Assembly (NCBI GenBank): GCA_030141605.1
Contig: JAQGDQ010000426.1
Location: 135,798 to 199,797 of the forward strand
DNA: 64,000 nt
Direction: 5' to 3'
DNA from: Tubiluchus corallicola
Lineage: Eukaryota; Animalia; Priapulida
Made by a program: the position numbers and the translations under genes. Position 1 is the stretch's first letter; every line of letters begins with the position of its first letter. Positions 36,496 to 49,390 of the stretch are shown here, in pieces. The notes beneath the pieces were generated by a model. That model had not been told where the DNA came from, did no database searches, and worked only from the letters and a program-made list of their open reading frames with translations.

Positions 36496-39084
36496 CCTGT
36501 AATCAGATTTCTCTCATCTCTAACAAAAATCAAATTGTTGTAAAGATTCTATCTGTCAGGATTGTATTCGCGTTCCTCCTTTCTAATTAGTTCAGACCCT
36601 TCTGTATTCCAGCTCATTTGTTGTGCCAATATTCATTGTTTGCTTCTTAGCTTAAGTGGTCCTCGTTGAGGAGCAAATTGAAAAGTAACTCTCATAATCA
36701 TACAAAGGTGGCTTTCTGTCTTTGTGTGCAAGTGTAATAACTACTGCACAACTGCTTTTTATGCTTCTGATGTGTAACTTAAGAACCTACATTTACACTA
36801 CTGCACGTTACTGCACATGTAACATTATAGAGAAAAAATAAAAGCTCTCGAGAGAAATTCAGAAAATAATTATATACTGGAGTTTGTGTATCATGAAAAC
36901 CATGCACTGAATCTTTTCATTATGAATATATATGTGTTTTTTGCAGATGAATGAATGAAGTAGCACCAGAAACTCACAAGGGAGATTTTGTTGTTAAAAT
37001 GTCAACTTGTGTACGGCAGGTAAAAATGCTGTTAGAAAGCTTGCAAAACTGTTTCCTTAGTAACTACAGCAAAACCTGCACCAAAAAGAAACCTCTAACA
37101 GGGGCGTATTAACCAATAGGAAAACTAGGTTATAGCCTAGGGCGCCAAAGTCTGAGAAGCGTCACATTTTAGAAAAAATCTTATTCTCTTTTGAAAATGT
37201 GTATTCTTTTATATTCTTGTAAGGGACGCATTTTATAGCACACCACAGGCAGTTATTGAGCGCAGTTTTATATAAGTGCCACATAACGAACAGGCGTAAG
37301 GTATTAAACAACAAGCAGTTGCGCATCATACTTGAATATAAGTGTTATGCAAGATTGCAATGCAAAATCATGCTACTTCCATATAAGAAATTAATAATCA
37401 TTCTTTTTCTAAATGTTTTCATTTGTAAAAAAGTCTGTAATTGACATCCATTTTTCCCAAATTCTTGTCACTTATAATCAACAAGATTTTTATGCGATAT
37501 TAAAAATTAGCAATAAATGCTGATTAAATGTTATGCTGTTTTTAACGAGAAATCCACCAACATCCTAACTGTTCTCACGAGAAAAATTGCAATTTATTAT
37601 TATTATTATTATTAAAAACACATATAAAGATTTAAATACTTGCTGTCTAGCGGGTCTACTAAATGATTGTACTTTCTACAAGTTCGATACTTTACCATAT
37701 GTTCCGTGGTTGCAAGAATTCGTTGCTACAAGTTGTAAAGTTCTTAACGTGCCACTTTGAAGTTTGAAACATATTCCCAATATTGAATGATTTTAAAAGC
37801 ATACACATTTCTGACAATGTATTGGTTTCTCATCTCGAGAAGCTTATGTCTGTAGTAAAGATTGTGCACTTGACGTGGCAAATTTTGCGACGTCACTTTG
37901 CAAACACTAGTTACGTAATAAATTTCGATCAGTGCACATCGCTGATTTTATTTCACTTACCTGGTTTAACTAGCGTTGCAACTGTTTCAAATGTATGACT
38001 AGATATCTAAGTATTTAAAATTTAATACTTGACAGTCGAGTGTCACAGTTCACAGTCCATTGCCTTCTATTGTGTAACGTGTGACATTGAGGAATGGATC
38101 ACGTGTAACGCAATGTGATATCCATCACTAATTAAAGGGCGAGACAGGTCATTTTAAAGAATGTCACAAAACAAATTCCACACAAAATTGCATAACTTTG
38201 CACTACGCTTAACTGTTTCAAAAACTTATGTAACTAGAAAATAGAATGTTTGTAATTTAAAGTGATCGCGCTGGGTGATGTCAATGACTCACCTTCCCAG
38301 TGTGCACCGTTGGGACACCAAAAAACATATCATAGATTTTATTGACAAGATACAGTTAAGATACAGACAAGACACAGCCAAAAATTCAGAAAAGCGAAAT
38401 TTTTATCTCTAGGTAAGTAAAGTGTTTTCTTTTACTTTAATTGTGTTTGGTAGCTTTCTCTCTGAAAAGACTTAATAGTTTCGACTTTAGGCCTCTGAGG
38501 AAGAGAAAATTCTCGTTTATAAAGTACAATTATGCAACACTCCGACCGACATTCTTATGGATGGCAGACCATGGAAGAATCCCAAGGAGCCCTTGGGTAG
38601 AGTCGAGGCACTTTACTTGTTTAATTCTTACTATCAAAATCTCTTAAACTACATCGTAATTTTACTTGCAAGCCTGCCAATTGTTTACCCTGGGATAATA
38701 AAACCGCAAAGCTTTGTGGCCTCGTTTTAAAATTCTCAAATTTCCGCGATCCTGTCAAAATAAGTAGATTTTTCTGTTCGTCTCAAACATCCCGTTGGTC
38801 TAGGCGCTAATGCCTGTCAGCTCAAGTGTGCAATCATTTAGATTCGATGTTTGTGCAATTTTAGAAACACAGCCCGTTGAAATTAACAAGCGATCAACTT
38901 CGCGGGGAAATATTTTCGTTAAACAGCTTTTGAAATCGCCAAAAAAGTGATAAGTTAATAAAAGATTATCAAACATCGTGGATATTTACCTCAATGGGAA
39001 ATTTTGTCGTATTATATGTCAGATGTTCCAGGTACCTCAATCGGAATAATAAAACTAAATAAAAAACAAATAAATTATGAAGAA

Positions 39085-39615
39085 ACCAAACGAAATGAAA
39101 CGAAACGAAACGAGTCGAATTGAATCGAATCGAATCGAAACGAAACGACACGAAATGATAAGAGTCGAATTGAAACGAAACAAAACAAAACGAAACGAGT
39201 CGAATTGAATAGAAACGAAACGAAACGAAACGAAACGAAATGAAACGAAACGAAACGATTCGAACTAAATCAAAACAAAACGAAACGAAACGAAACGAAA
39301 CGAAACGAAACGAAACGAAACGAAACGAAACGAAACGAAACGAAACGAAACGAAACGAAACGAAACGAAACGAAACGAAACGAAACAAAACAAAACAAAA
39401 CAAAACAAAAACAAAACAAAACAAAACAAAACAAAACAAAACAAATAAAACAAAACAAAATAAAACTATTGGACCTATTGTGTTCTCAAACTATGCTGTG
39501 TTCTCAAACTATTGGAGCTATTGTGTTCTCAAACTATGCTGTGTTCTCAAACTATTGGACCTATTGGGTTCTCAAACTATTGGAGCTATTGTGTTCTCAA
39601 ACTATGCTGTGTTCA
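39085..39615. repeat. (GAAAC)n/(CAAAA)n pentanucleotide microsatellite followed by TGTTCTCAAACTAT minisatellite
   Basis: Directly visible. Confidence 0.95.
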
Positions 39616-41283
39616 TCAAACGAATGTATATCGCCTCATGTTTTCAAACTGATATAAATTTAAGAATGAACCTCTCAGTCGTGCTAGTTTTACCTTGTAG
39701 AGAAGTTTTTGTAGTTTATTTTTAAGCAACCTATTGTTCTTACATAATCTGTTCGACCAACATAATATTTTTGTCAATAGAATGCCGTTATATTTGTCTG
39801 CAGAAATAAGTAATGTTCTTTTGACAATGGTAATTGCATCTTATTCAGTTGTTTTTATAGTGGGTTCGAGTGGGTGTTAATTTTAATACAGAAAAATCTC
39901 GAGTTCGTGGCTTACTGTTTTATTGACAATTCTGTATCCTAAAACAATTACGTTTATATAAAAAAATTGTAGAGAAAGTAAATATCAATTATATCACATT
40001 TTATGCGCAGTATTCAGCCAATTCTATTACACTGTTTTTAATGTTTTAGGTTATTTCTACAGGCTCTAAGGCAGAATTCTAAATTTCATTTGGCAGACTG
40101 AAGGTTAAATTTAGATTAACGTAATTTAGACAAATTTTAGTGAGCAGTAATGGCAAACCGCTTCGGTGTGAACAGTATTCAGCCAATTCTGTTACATCTT
40201 TTTAATGTTTTAGGTTATTTCTACAGGCTCTCTAACGCAGCATTCTAAATTTCATTTGGTGGATTGAAGGTTAAATTTAGATTATAATCAAAATAAATAT
40301 GTCCGCCTGTATGAGACCAAGCAATGCTGTTATTGAAACTGGATCGGCAAATCAATTAGCGACATCAGTATTGACAAGAAATCCTATCACCCTCACACAG
40401 GGCCTGACGTCTTTCTTATTAACAAATCACCAAGTAAAGAAACGAATTGTCTAATATCTCCGGTTTTTTTGTAACTTGTAACTTTTTGTAATTTGCAATT
40501 TCGTTAAAAACAGTCGATTTTCACAGAAGTAAATTACAATGGGAAACACGAGAAAAATACCGTCTTTATTCTCAGATATCTGTATTTAACCACCTATTCA
40601 ACTATGAAGAGTTGGAGAGTTCCATACATAAGCAGCCCTGGGAGAGATAGAAAATTACAAAACAGACTTGTGCTTGATAACCCTAATGTGATAAGAGTGG
40701 GAAATACAAAAAAGCAAGAAAACTCAAAAAATTGTCCAGGAGTTCATTTTTAAGCCAAAAATCGTATTTATGTGCCTACATTCACATGTTGCTGTGTATT
40801 TTTCTCCTGGATTAAATAGCCTTTGGTGTGATGACGTCACTACGCGATGTTTACGAATCTATGTAATTAGCGGTAGTTATTAACAAACTTTTTTGCGTGT
40901 CGCACATGTTAGATGTCTTCATATTTTGACGTAAATTCTGCTCAGCATCTCACACGTCTTACCAACAGCAGGCTATCAGCATTCCTTCTACTGAGGAAGC
41001 CATGCTCTGTACAGCAGCAACTCTTGGGATTCCCGAGTATATAAGCCCTGGTGAACGATATATGGGCTATTATTTATACACACATGCTGACTGAAATAGA
41101 GGTGTTGGTGCTACGACATTTACTGTTTAAACAGTTTCGTAACTCTAGTTTAAAATATTGACCAGGCACTGGCTCTGAAACTCCTCAGCACATTTTATTC
41201 AGATGCAATAAAGTAGATAATACAAAATGAATGCGTTTCATAGAAATAGCTGATGCTAATTATGCACGTAATATTATGATTCA

Positions 41284-41792
<509 letters not shown>

Positions 41793-42179
41793 CACTCAGT
41801 AAAGTAGATAATACAAAAAGAATGCGTTTCATAGAAATAGCTGATGCCAATTATGCAAGTAATGTTATGCTTCAATCTGATAAATGGCTTTTACTAGCCT
41901 GATCAGAGATAGTTTTATACTAAATAATTGTTAATCTAGACCCGCTCAAGTATACAAAAATAAATTATGCATGTGTATAAAGTTAATTCATGTGTATATA
42001 ATACTTGTGAAACATTTGAAATTAAATGCAATTTAAGTATAATATGTTATTCGTGGTATATAATGTGAAACTGGAAATATTTAAAAGATTTGTCATATGA
42101 AAATGTAAATTGCTGATCTGAGCCTGCAAAAAGAGGCACCTTTTTGTATATACGTTCATTACTTGAATAAAGATTTACA

Positions 42180-42180
42180 C

Positions 42181-42235
<55 letters not shown>

Positions 42236-42236
42236 T

Positions 42237-42268
<32 letters not shown>
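42180..42268. repeat. (ATT)n microsatellite
   Basis: Directly visible. Confidence 0.95.
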
Positions 42269-43609
42269 AGCTCTGAAGCAATATACTTGCTTTCTTTTTA
42301 AGTTGTTTAAGCCTGGTTAATTGGGACTAATTTCGTTAAATCCCCAGGCTAATAATGTTGTAGTATTTATATGCCTCCTTACAATACTCAAATACTCCTT
42401 AATTGGAATATTTTTCCAATCAAAAGCGCTAAATATGCTTTTTATCTGACACGATACATTTTGATTTTTATGGTTTGACGATTCCCCTTGAGGTCACACG
42501 AAGTTTACCATGTTTAAGTAACTTTTAGATTTAATGTTTCAGCTGTTTCAAATGTGATAAACTCGTCTTTATAAATAAATGGAGAATGATCGTGGAAACA
42601 GTCAACTTGCATTTTTAGAAAAATGTTAAAAAGTCGATGATCTTGAAATTAAAATGGTTTTACAGCTAGAAGTGGCTAAAATTTACATTTGATTGGATCG
42701 ATATTTCAAAAGCTCGACCTGTAAAAACTTCAAATATATGACATCAAATTACTAATTACAAAATTAATGTTTCCTTTGATTCAAAGTCATCTTTTACGAC
42801 AGGCTTACGTGTACAACGTCCAAGGTAATGATAAAGTCAACCATCGCCAACACCATCATCTGAAAACTAAAATAAAGGAAGTTCCGTACCATGTAAGTAA
42901 GTGAGTATCTTTATTTATCACCTTTTTACAAGAAAAACACAGAGCATGAAACGATAGCATGATACAAAGTGACAAGATTGTCAAGTGAATTATTTATCTG
43001 AGTTAATGATATTCAAGTGATTGGTGAAAGGGTGGCGAAAAACTAAAAGTTACCAAAGTCAACCACCCTGGCTTTGTGATGACAAGCTCAGCTATATGGA
43101 GCACAGGATATTAACGAATGCAGACTGGAAGACATTTTTACTTCACTGCTGTATTCAAATCAGCATAGAAACTTACAGAAACAGCTGTCAAAAGTAACGA
43201 ATTGTTGAGTATTGCAACGTTCTTAACCTTCAATACTTATGGTTTCACGTTATGTAATAACCAATTCAATAATTTCTCTGGATTTAATGCGGCGTCATTC
43301 TACAGCTGCAGTCGACATGCACTCATTCCCTGTGACTCTATGGTACAGTTCTAAAAGGATACATTCCTGACTCAAGTTACCCAAAAAGCATTTTTTCAAG
43401 TCCCAATTTATCCAGATTAACTCGACGAAAACTTAAAGCAGAATTCAGTTTAAACGAGAACAATTTAACACAATTTTCTCCAGGTCTGGAGCGTTTTTGT
43501 GAACAGTTGTAAATGTTAACTATGTAGTAATTGAGTAAATGCGTTAGTAGCAATAGCAAATGCCACAGTTCGATCTGCAAAAGCGTAGCGGCAACAGAGA
43601 AAGTGCTTA

Positions 43610-44065
43610 GCAGCAGCAGTAGTAGTAGTAGTAGTAGAAGAACTAGTAGTATAGTAGTAGTAGTAGCAGTAGTAGTAGTATAGTAGTAGTAGTAGCAGTA
43701 GTAGCTGCAGCACCAGTAATGTAGTTAGTAATAAAAATGTTAAAACCAGCCTAAAATATCATATTTATTCTAAAATTTTCAAGAGTTTCCGAGAAACATT
43801 TCGGGTATTCATATATCCACCATCAGTCAACAAAGACGAAAACAGAAACAAATAGAGTCAAAAATACACAGAAACAGCCAAAAATCAAACCTTAACTTTT
43901 GACAACGTTTAACTGATTCTGTGTATTTTGGCTGATAGTTAGGTACGTGTGCACTCGAAACGAATCTCGGAAACACTTTGAAAGTTTTTAGATTAAATAT
44001 GATGGCTAGAAACAGTGGTAGTGGTAGTGGTAGTGGTAGTGGTAGTGGTAGTGGTAGTGGTAGTG

Positions 44066-44162
<97 letters not shown>

Positions 44163-44163
44163 C

Positions 44164-44218
<55 letters not shown>

Positions 44219-44222
44219 ATAG
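43610..44222. repeat. Two (AGT)n / (GGTAGT)n microsatellites (43610-43710 and 44013-44222)
   Basis: Directly visible. Confidence 0.93.
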
Positions 44223-44944
44223 CTGCAGAAACATCGTAGCTAAATTTATTTGTATGTTATATGCTCACACTACACCACATTGCGATGATATCGTATACAT
44301 ATTTATAAAAAAGATATAAAAGTTTTGCATAGCAAGGACTCGGAGATAGGTGCGTTTAAACAGCGTCAAAAATTGTTTACGAAATACGAATGTATCACGG
44401 CGAACACTCTTCAACTTTATGATTAACTATAGAAAATGTGCAAAATTGGTTACCAAACTTTTGCATGAATTTTTTGCGGTATAAAACCAATGTTTGCATC
44501 AAACTCCGCTCTATTAAAATGCAAAAAATTTCTTTAATATTACATTATAAATATTACCGAAATTTTATCATCTAACTGTAACGTTATTATTATTATAATT
44601 CTATTATTATAAGTAAAATTAACATTGACCATCAAGCTTTATACGTGAACGTGATACTCAAAAGCATTTCTTCTGTGAAGCCTTACGAAAGATGAATCAT
44701 TGAAATCTTGAAGACGGTTGCAACCTCGTCAATATATCTGTTACCTAAAGTTGGTAAATCCGTTTCCTCTGTAAGCTTCCTCCCTCTCTTCACTGGGACC
44801 GAAAACAAATATTATTTCTGGCAAGTTTCGGTAATGAACTGATTCAACAGGCGTCAATCAAGCCTATCCTTCAGTAAATCACCCAGAATCACAAGCTTTA
44901 ATTAGAGAGGTCTTATTAAACCTTGCAATTTGTCCAGTTGTACC

Positions 44945-45191
44945 CAGGGCCTATTTCAGCCTAGGCGAGGCCCGGGGAAGTGGGGCGTGTGAGGCCCCAT
45001 CGGGGGGGGGGGGCGCTACCATGGTTGGCGCCCAGAAAATTTTTGAACTGCTAGAACGCCGGAGAAGCATTTTCGAAGAGAAAATATGGAGTTATACAGT
45101 TGTTAAAGGAAAGAACAATTGAAAGAAAAACTGCTTTATTCTCAAGACCAGTCCTTAATACTTGTCAATACTGGCAAACGGCATGCGTGCG

Positions 45192-45271
<80 letters not shown>

Positions 45272-45378
45272 GCAGTATGTTCGCATAAAGCAAAAAAATG
45301 TTACCTTGGCGCGAGGCCCCCCTGGAGGGTGAGGCCCCGGGGAAGTATCCCACTCCCCCCCCCTTGAAATAGGCCCTG
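44945..45378 (+). mobile_element. hAT-type MITE, copy A (with expanded internal (GA)n)
   Basis: TIR CAGGGCCTATTTCA / TGAAATAGGCCCTG, perfect 8-bp TSD GTTGTACC. Confidence 0.92.
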
Positions 45379-46129
45379 GTTGTACCATGAAAAACCTGCG
45401 TCAGATCACCATAAATAATATGGCGTTGCAAGGTTATGTACGATTCAAAAAGGGAAATGCTGCTATTAAAAAGTTATTACATTAAATTCCTAGCTATGCT
45501 ACTACTACCCGGACCACCCTCAGCATACCAAGTACCACCACCCCCACTACGTTCCCCGTTCTCCAGAAATAAGGAATATAAGTTTTGCAAAAAAAAAAAC
45601 ACTCAGCAAGGCTGTTTTTGGAGGTTTTTCGACCTTGTTTCTCTCGGTGAGCCCGAGAAATAAACCATCAACTGGACGACACCAGATGGAGATCTCCATT
45701 TGCTGTACGGATTGCCAAAAAGGGTGATGTGATTGGATCTATAGCCCGGAATTTTATAAACCCTTATTCGCTGAAATTAAAATATCAGATTATGCTGTAT
45801 AATTAGATAAATTTTGTTGTACGACAACTAAGTTGAGCTGCAGCATCCATTTGGGGCTTTTTAGTTTTAATTATTGTCATAAAGATGAAAGTGTAAAATA
45901 ACCTGGAGAAAATACTTCACTGACGTATGCTGCTAAGTTACCAAATGGAAAATTTTGTAGTTATCTTTTCATCGAGTTAATTTTGTTCTGCTGCATTGTT
46001 AATTGTTGTTTTTGTTGTTTTTTTGTCACTTGTCAATTGTACTACAATTGTCAACTTGCTGAGCAAATTTTCAGGGCATTATAATCGCAAAACGAACAAT
46101 AAAAGGTATGTGATTATCTACATACATGT

Positions 46130-46209
46130 AACCTAGCCACTGGGGGGGGGGGGCAAGCCAGCCCAACTCAGTGCCGGTCCCAAGCCCGGATAAATAGGGA
46201 GGGTTAGGG
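46130..46209 (+). ncRNA. Twister-ribozyme-like core (best-preserved copy, lacks the 5' strand of P1)
   Basis: AA CCTA GC CACTG..CAGTG CCGG TCCC AA GC CCGG ATAAA TAGG GAGGG: P2 CCTA/TAGG, P3 CACTG/CAGTG, P4 CCGG/CCGG, pseudoknots CCC/GGG and GC/GC; GCCGGTCCCAAGCCCGGATAAA is the core I recall for the rice twister ribozyme. Confidence 0.8.
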
Positions 46210-46290
46210 TCAGGAAGGGCATCCGCCTGTAAAAACTGCGCCAAAACCTTCTATAAATGAGTCGGTGAAGCTGGGAAGAAGAAGAAGAAG
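46130..46290 (+). mobile_element. 161-bp minimal twister-headed retroelement (head fused directly to the RTE 3' tail)
   Basis: Perfect 17-bp TSD ATTATCTACATACATGT (46113-46129, 46291-46307); same head as the 1462-1891 and 56344-56845 copies; tail AAGCTGG(GAA)n; no RT sequence. Confidence 0.92.
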
Positions 46291-46514
46291 ATTATCTACA
46301 TACATGTATAACTTAAAGAATTTCATTAATTGTAGGTCGTTTTCGTTTAAACATCTTTTATATCCGTGCAGCACATGTTTGTAATCTACTCTATCGTATA
46401 AAAACGTCAGTTGCGATCTTCGACCTTTTAGAGCAGCAATAAAAATCTTTATCTGTTTCACGCTAGGATTAACACATCTGATTCTGCAAGCAGCTAATAA
46501 TGTGGTTGTAGGTA

Positions 46515-47019
46515 GAATTAGAATTAGAATTAGTTTATTCTCCGTAATGATTTTACATAACATAAGTAGGCAACGATAATTATATAATTAACGAAATTAA
46601 AATTTAACTACAAATAAAAAAATCATATACAGGGGGCAAATTTCTTTACCGAATCAACAAAAATATCGCGTTTTAATGTAGGGGCACACTAGTTCTTCAC
46701 TCATACGTCTTAACACATCTCCAACAATATTTCATTAATGACGTTAAATTTGGAGAGTGCATAAGGTTACAAATGCTAGAAAAGTTCAACTCAGAATGTT
46801 CAGTTCGTAAATCTTCTGTCACCGGACATCTCAATAAGACGTGGGCTTCTGTTTGAACTTCTTCCCCACAAGTACATAATCTGTCTTCTCTCGGTATTCT
46901 GGACCAACGTCCGGTTTCTACCATGAGATTATGCGATGACGTCCTAAGTCTGGTAAATTCAATTCTTTGGTAGTCCGGGATTTCAGATTCAATATCATTA
47001 TAGACTTTATGAGTAACAT
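46515..47019 (-). mobile_element. 5'-truncated LINE 3' end (RTEX/L2-like) with C-terminal zinc-finger motif
   Basis: TRLRTSSHNLMVETGRW....REDRLCTC...QTEAHVLLRCP; AATAAA followed by (CTAATT)n tail; 6-bp direct repeat TAGGTA at 46509-46514 and 47020-47025. Confidence 0.85.
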
Positions 47020-47599
47020 TAGGTACATTCTCCCTAATCAAGCCAAAACCGGGATAAACATAGCCACTTTTTCCAAAATGCAAGTCTTCTTTGTGAATTT
47101 TTTATCCGACCTTCATTAAGTCATTTGATGTGAATCACAGATTACATGTAGAAACAGAATTTCAAATCAACGCTCGAGAACAGCGTAACAAAGTTTCGCC
47201 GTATCTACACCATAGCTGCAGAACTTGCTGGTTTCCCCCCACCTTCCCGAGGTACAGTAGTTCGTACAAGTTCCAAAAATAGTTGACATTTTCTTTGCTT
47301 TTCCTTTCGACTACAACTTGAGCCATTTCGTTATATTTCCACTAATTCTTTTTCTGAATAGTGATGACTGTACGAAATGCGTTTACTAACTTACTCAATT
47401 ACGTCATTGAAGATCAAAAGGTAATCAAGTTGTTATTATTCGGAGAAGATGAATTTAACTACGTTGCTAACTGTAAAATATTTCAATGCATACATGACTT
47501 TACATTACGTACTAAACGCTTCTAGTAGTTTCTATCTGATATGAAATGCATCAGTCTTAAATAATCGTACATTAATATTTTCTAACTGTCATTTTCTGC

Positions 47600-47818
47600 T
47601 AATGTCTAATGTAATCTTGTAGTAATACTTGTCAGCTTGTGTAGTTATAGTCAATTCTTACTGTAAATGTTACTAATGTCTAATGTAATCTTGTAGTAAA
47701 ACTTGTCAGCTTGTGTAGCTATAGTCTATTCTTACTGTAAATGTTACTAATGTCTAATGTAATCTTGTAGTAAAACTTGTCAGCTTGTGTAGCTATAGTC
47801 TATTCTTACTGTAAATGC
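47600..47818. repeat. ~75-bp tandem repeat, ~3 copies
   Basis: ctaatgtctaatgtaatcttgtagtaa.acttgtcagcttgtgtag.tatagtc.attcttactgtaaatg repeated. Confidence 0.9.
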
Positions 47819-48788
47819 TCTTGTAAATAGTGTATAAAGTCTGTTGTGGTGAGGATCCTAAATCATGTTGTTCAAACTGTCTGATCTAATCCTGTAATAA
47901 ATCATGTTTAAACTAAGGTGTTCAAGTGGAATTCTCGATTTAATGATAAAACATGGCGGCACATCGGTCGACCTCTTGGAAAGCAAAGGAATTGCAGTAA
48001 AATTTTCAGTACTTTAATTAATCAAGGACGAATTCGCGAATATAAAACAACACAAAGAACTAAACGTGTTACAGTTTTAACCTAGAAATATAAAATCGCA
48101 ATAAACACTCAAACAATCCAAGTACAATAAGTGAAATATTTCTGTAATATTTTTGCTGTTAGCAGAAGTTAAATATTCATCTTAAATGCCTGGAAGAAAT
48201 ATCTCCATGACCTTGCTCACTGCAAAATATCACACTCCCAACCACCATTGCAAGTCTATTCCAGCTACCGACTAGCCTTATTGCTTTAAGGCATCTGTCA
48301 GGCTTAAAGTCACCAAAGTTGGTATCATCACTCTTTGTAGATTTGCGTCATTCAAATAGCCTAGTCTGACTTATTGAAATGAGAAAGTTGGCGAATGAAA
48401 ATCAATTTTAGTTTTAGAGTGAAAGACTAACAAATTTGCTAACAGTTCGTTTTACTTTCGACTTGTTCTAATTGGGAAAGGTAGTAAATTTAACTATTCT
48501 ATTCTGCACTGTTATTAGTGACTGAAGTACATTATAATGCTTGGTTAACTACCATGATAGCATACAATAAGCTAAGACATAGTAGATCATTTTCAAAATC
48601 GTTGTGCATATATGATTTAAGTTTGCTTTTATCGTTTTTATCGTTATATCTGTATGCATTTTATGAAGTAATGGAAAATTATTTAAAAAAAATCGCAATT
48701 TACTTTGTTTCCTATTTCTTTTAAATCTAGTTAGTGGACCAACTTTAATTATGTAATGTATTAGCGAAAAATCAACTATTTTTAATAG

Positions 48789-48928
48789 GTCGGTGCTTCG
48801 TTATTTGCTAGCAATGTAAGCAGTGGTCATTTCGTTGGTCAAGCTGAATCTGGTGCAGCTGGAGGCATTGGTGTGGCTGCTTTACTTAAACCTGATGATA
48901 AAGATGGACAAGTGCAAACAAAATTCAG
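48789..48928 (+). pseudogene. Orphan exon resembling an SLC5A (Na+/glucose or myo-inositol cotransporter) N-terminal transmembrane region
   Basis: taatag acceptor then [31 protein letters not shown], versus the SLC5A family motif [23 protein letters not shown].G; similarity stops before the expected FEWN; no neighbouring SLC5A exons seen. Confidence 0.75.
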
Positions 48929-49244
48929 GTGTGATCTAAGTTGATATTTTTTGAAATGCTGTAGTTGTTATAATTAAGTATAAGTATTGGGTGTCCAATT
49001 CGACAGTGGATATAATAAAGAAGGCAATTAGAAAGGGGTATTCGTTAATTGGTGTTTAATTATGAGCTCTTAATATACATGCTAACAGTCTTTCGTGATC
49101 GCTATACGTCTTCATAAGTTAATAAAGAATATATGTTATGTCTTGACCCAGTACTTGCAAATGTACTTGCAATTTTCAATTCAATTCAATTCAATTTTAA
49201 TTTGCCTGTTTACACGTTTTGTTTGTGTACAATTCGTTGCAATT

Positions 49245-49390
49245 TTCAATTCAATTCAATTCAATTTTAATTTATTTATCTCTCTATAATGCTACAATAA
49301 AACATGATTAATAAAAGAATCGCTAATAAGTTTTGAAAAATGGTTAAAATGTATAGATAGATCTAGAACTAGAGAAAGGATAGCGAAAAG
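49245..49390 (-). mobile_element. LINE/SINE 3' end with (TTGAA)n tail
   Basis: Inverted paralogue of 18415-18550. Confidence 0.6.

Larger units (their letters stand above)
46075..47330 (-). pseudogene. Decayed intronless ORF of uncertain identity (possibly NACHT/NLR-like) interrupted by insertions
   Basis: Removing the LINE fragment (TSD TAGGTA) and the 161-bp element restores one frame: NSQEDLHFGKSGYVYPGFGLIRENVP|TTTLLAACRI...HVLHGYKRCLNENDLQLMKFFKLYMYVDN|HIPFIVRF. Confidence 0.45.
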
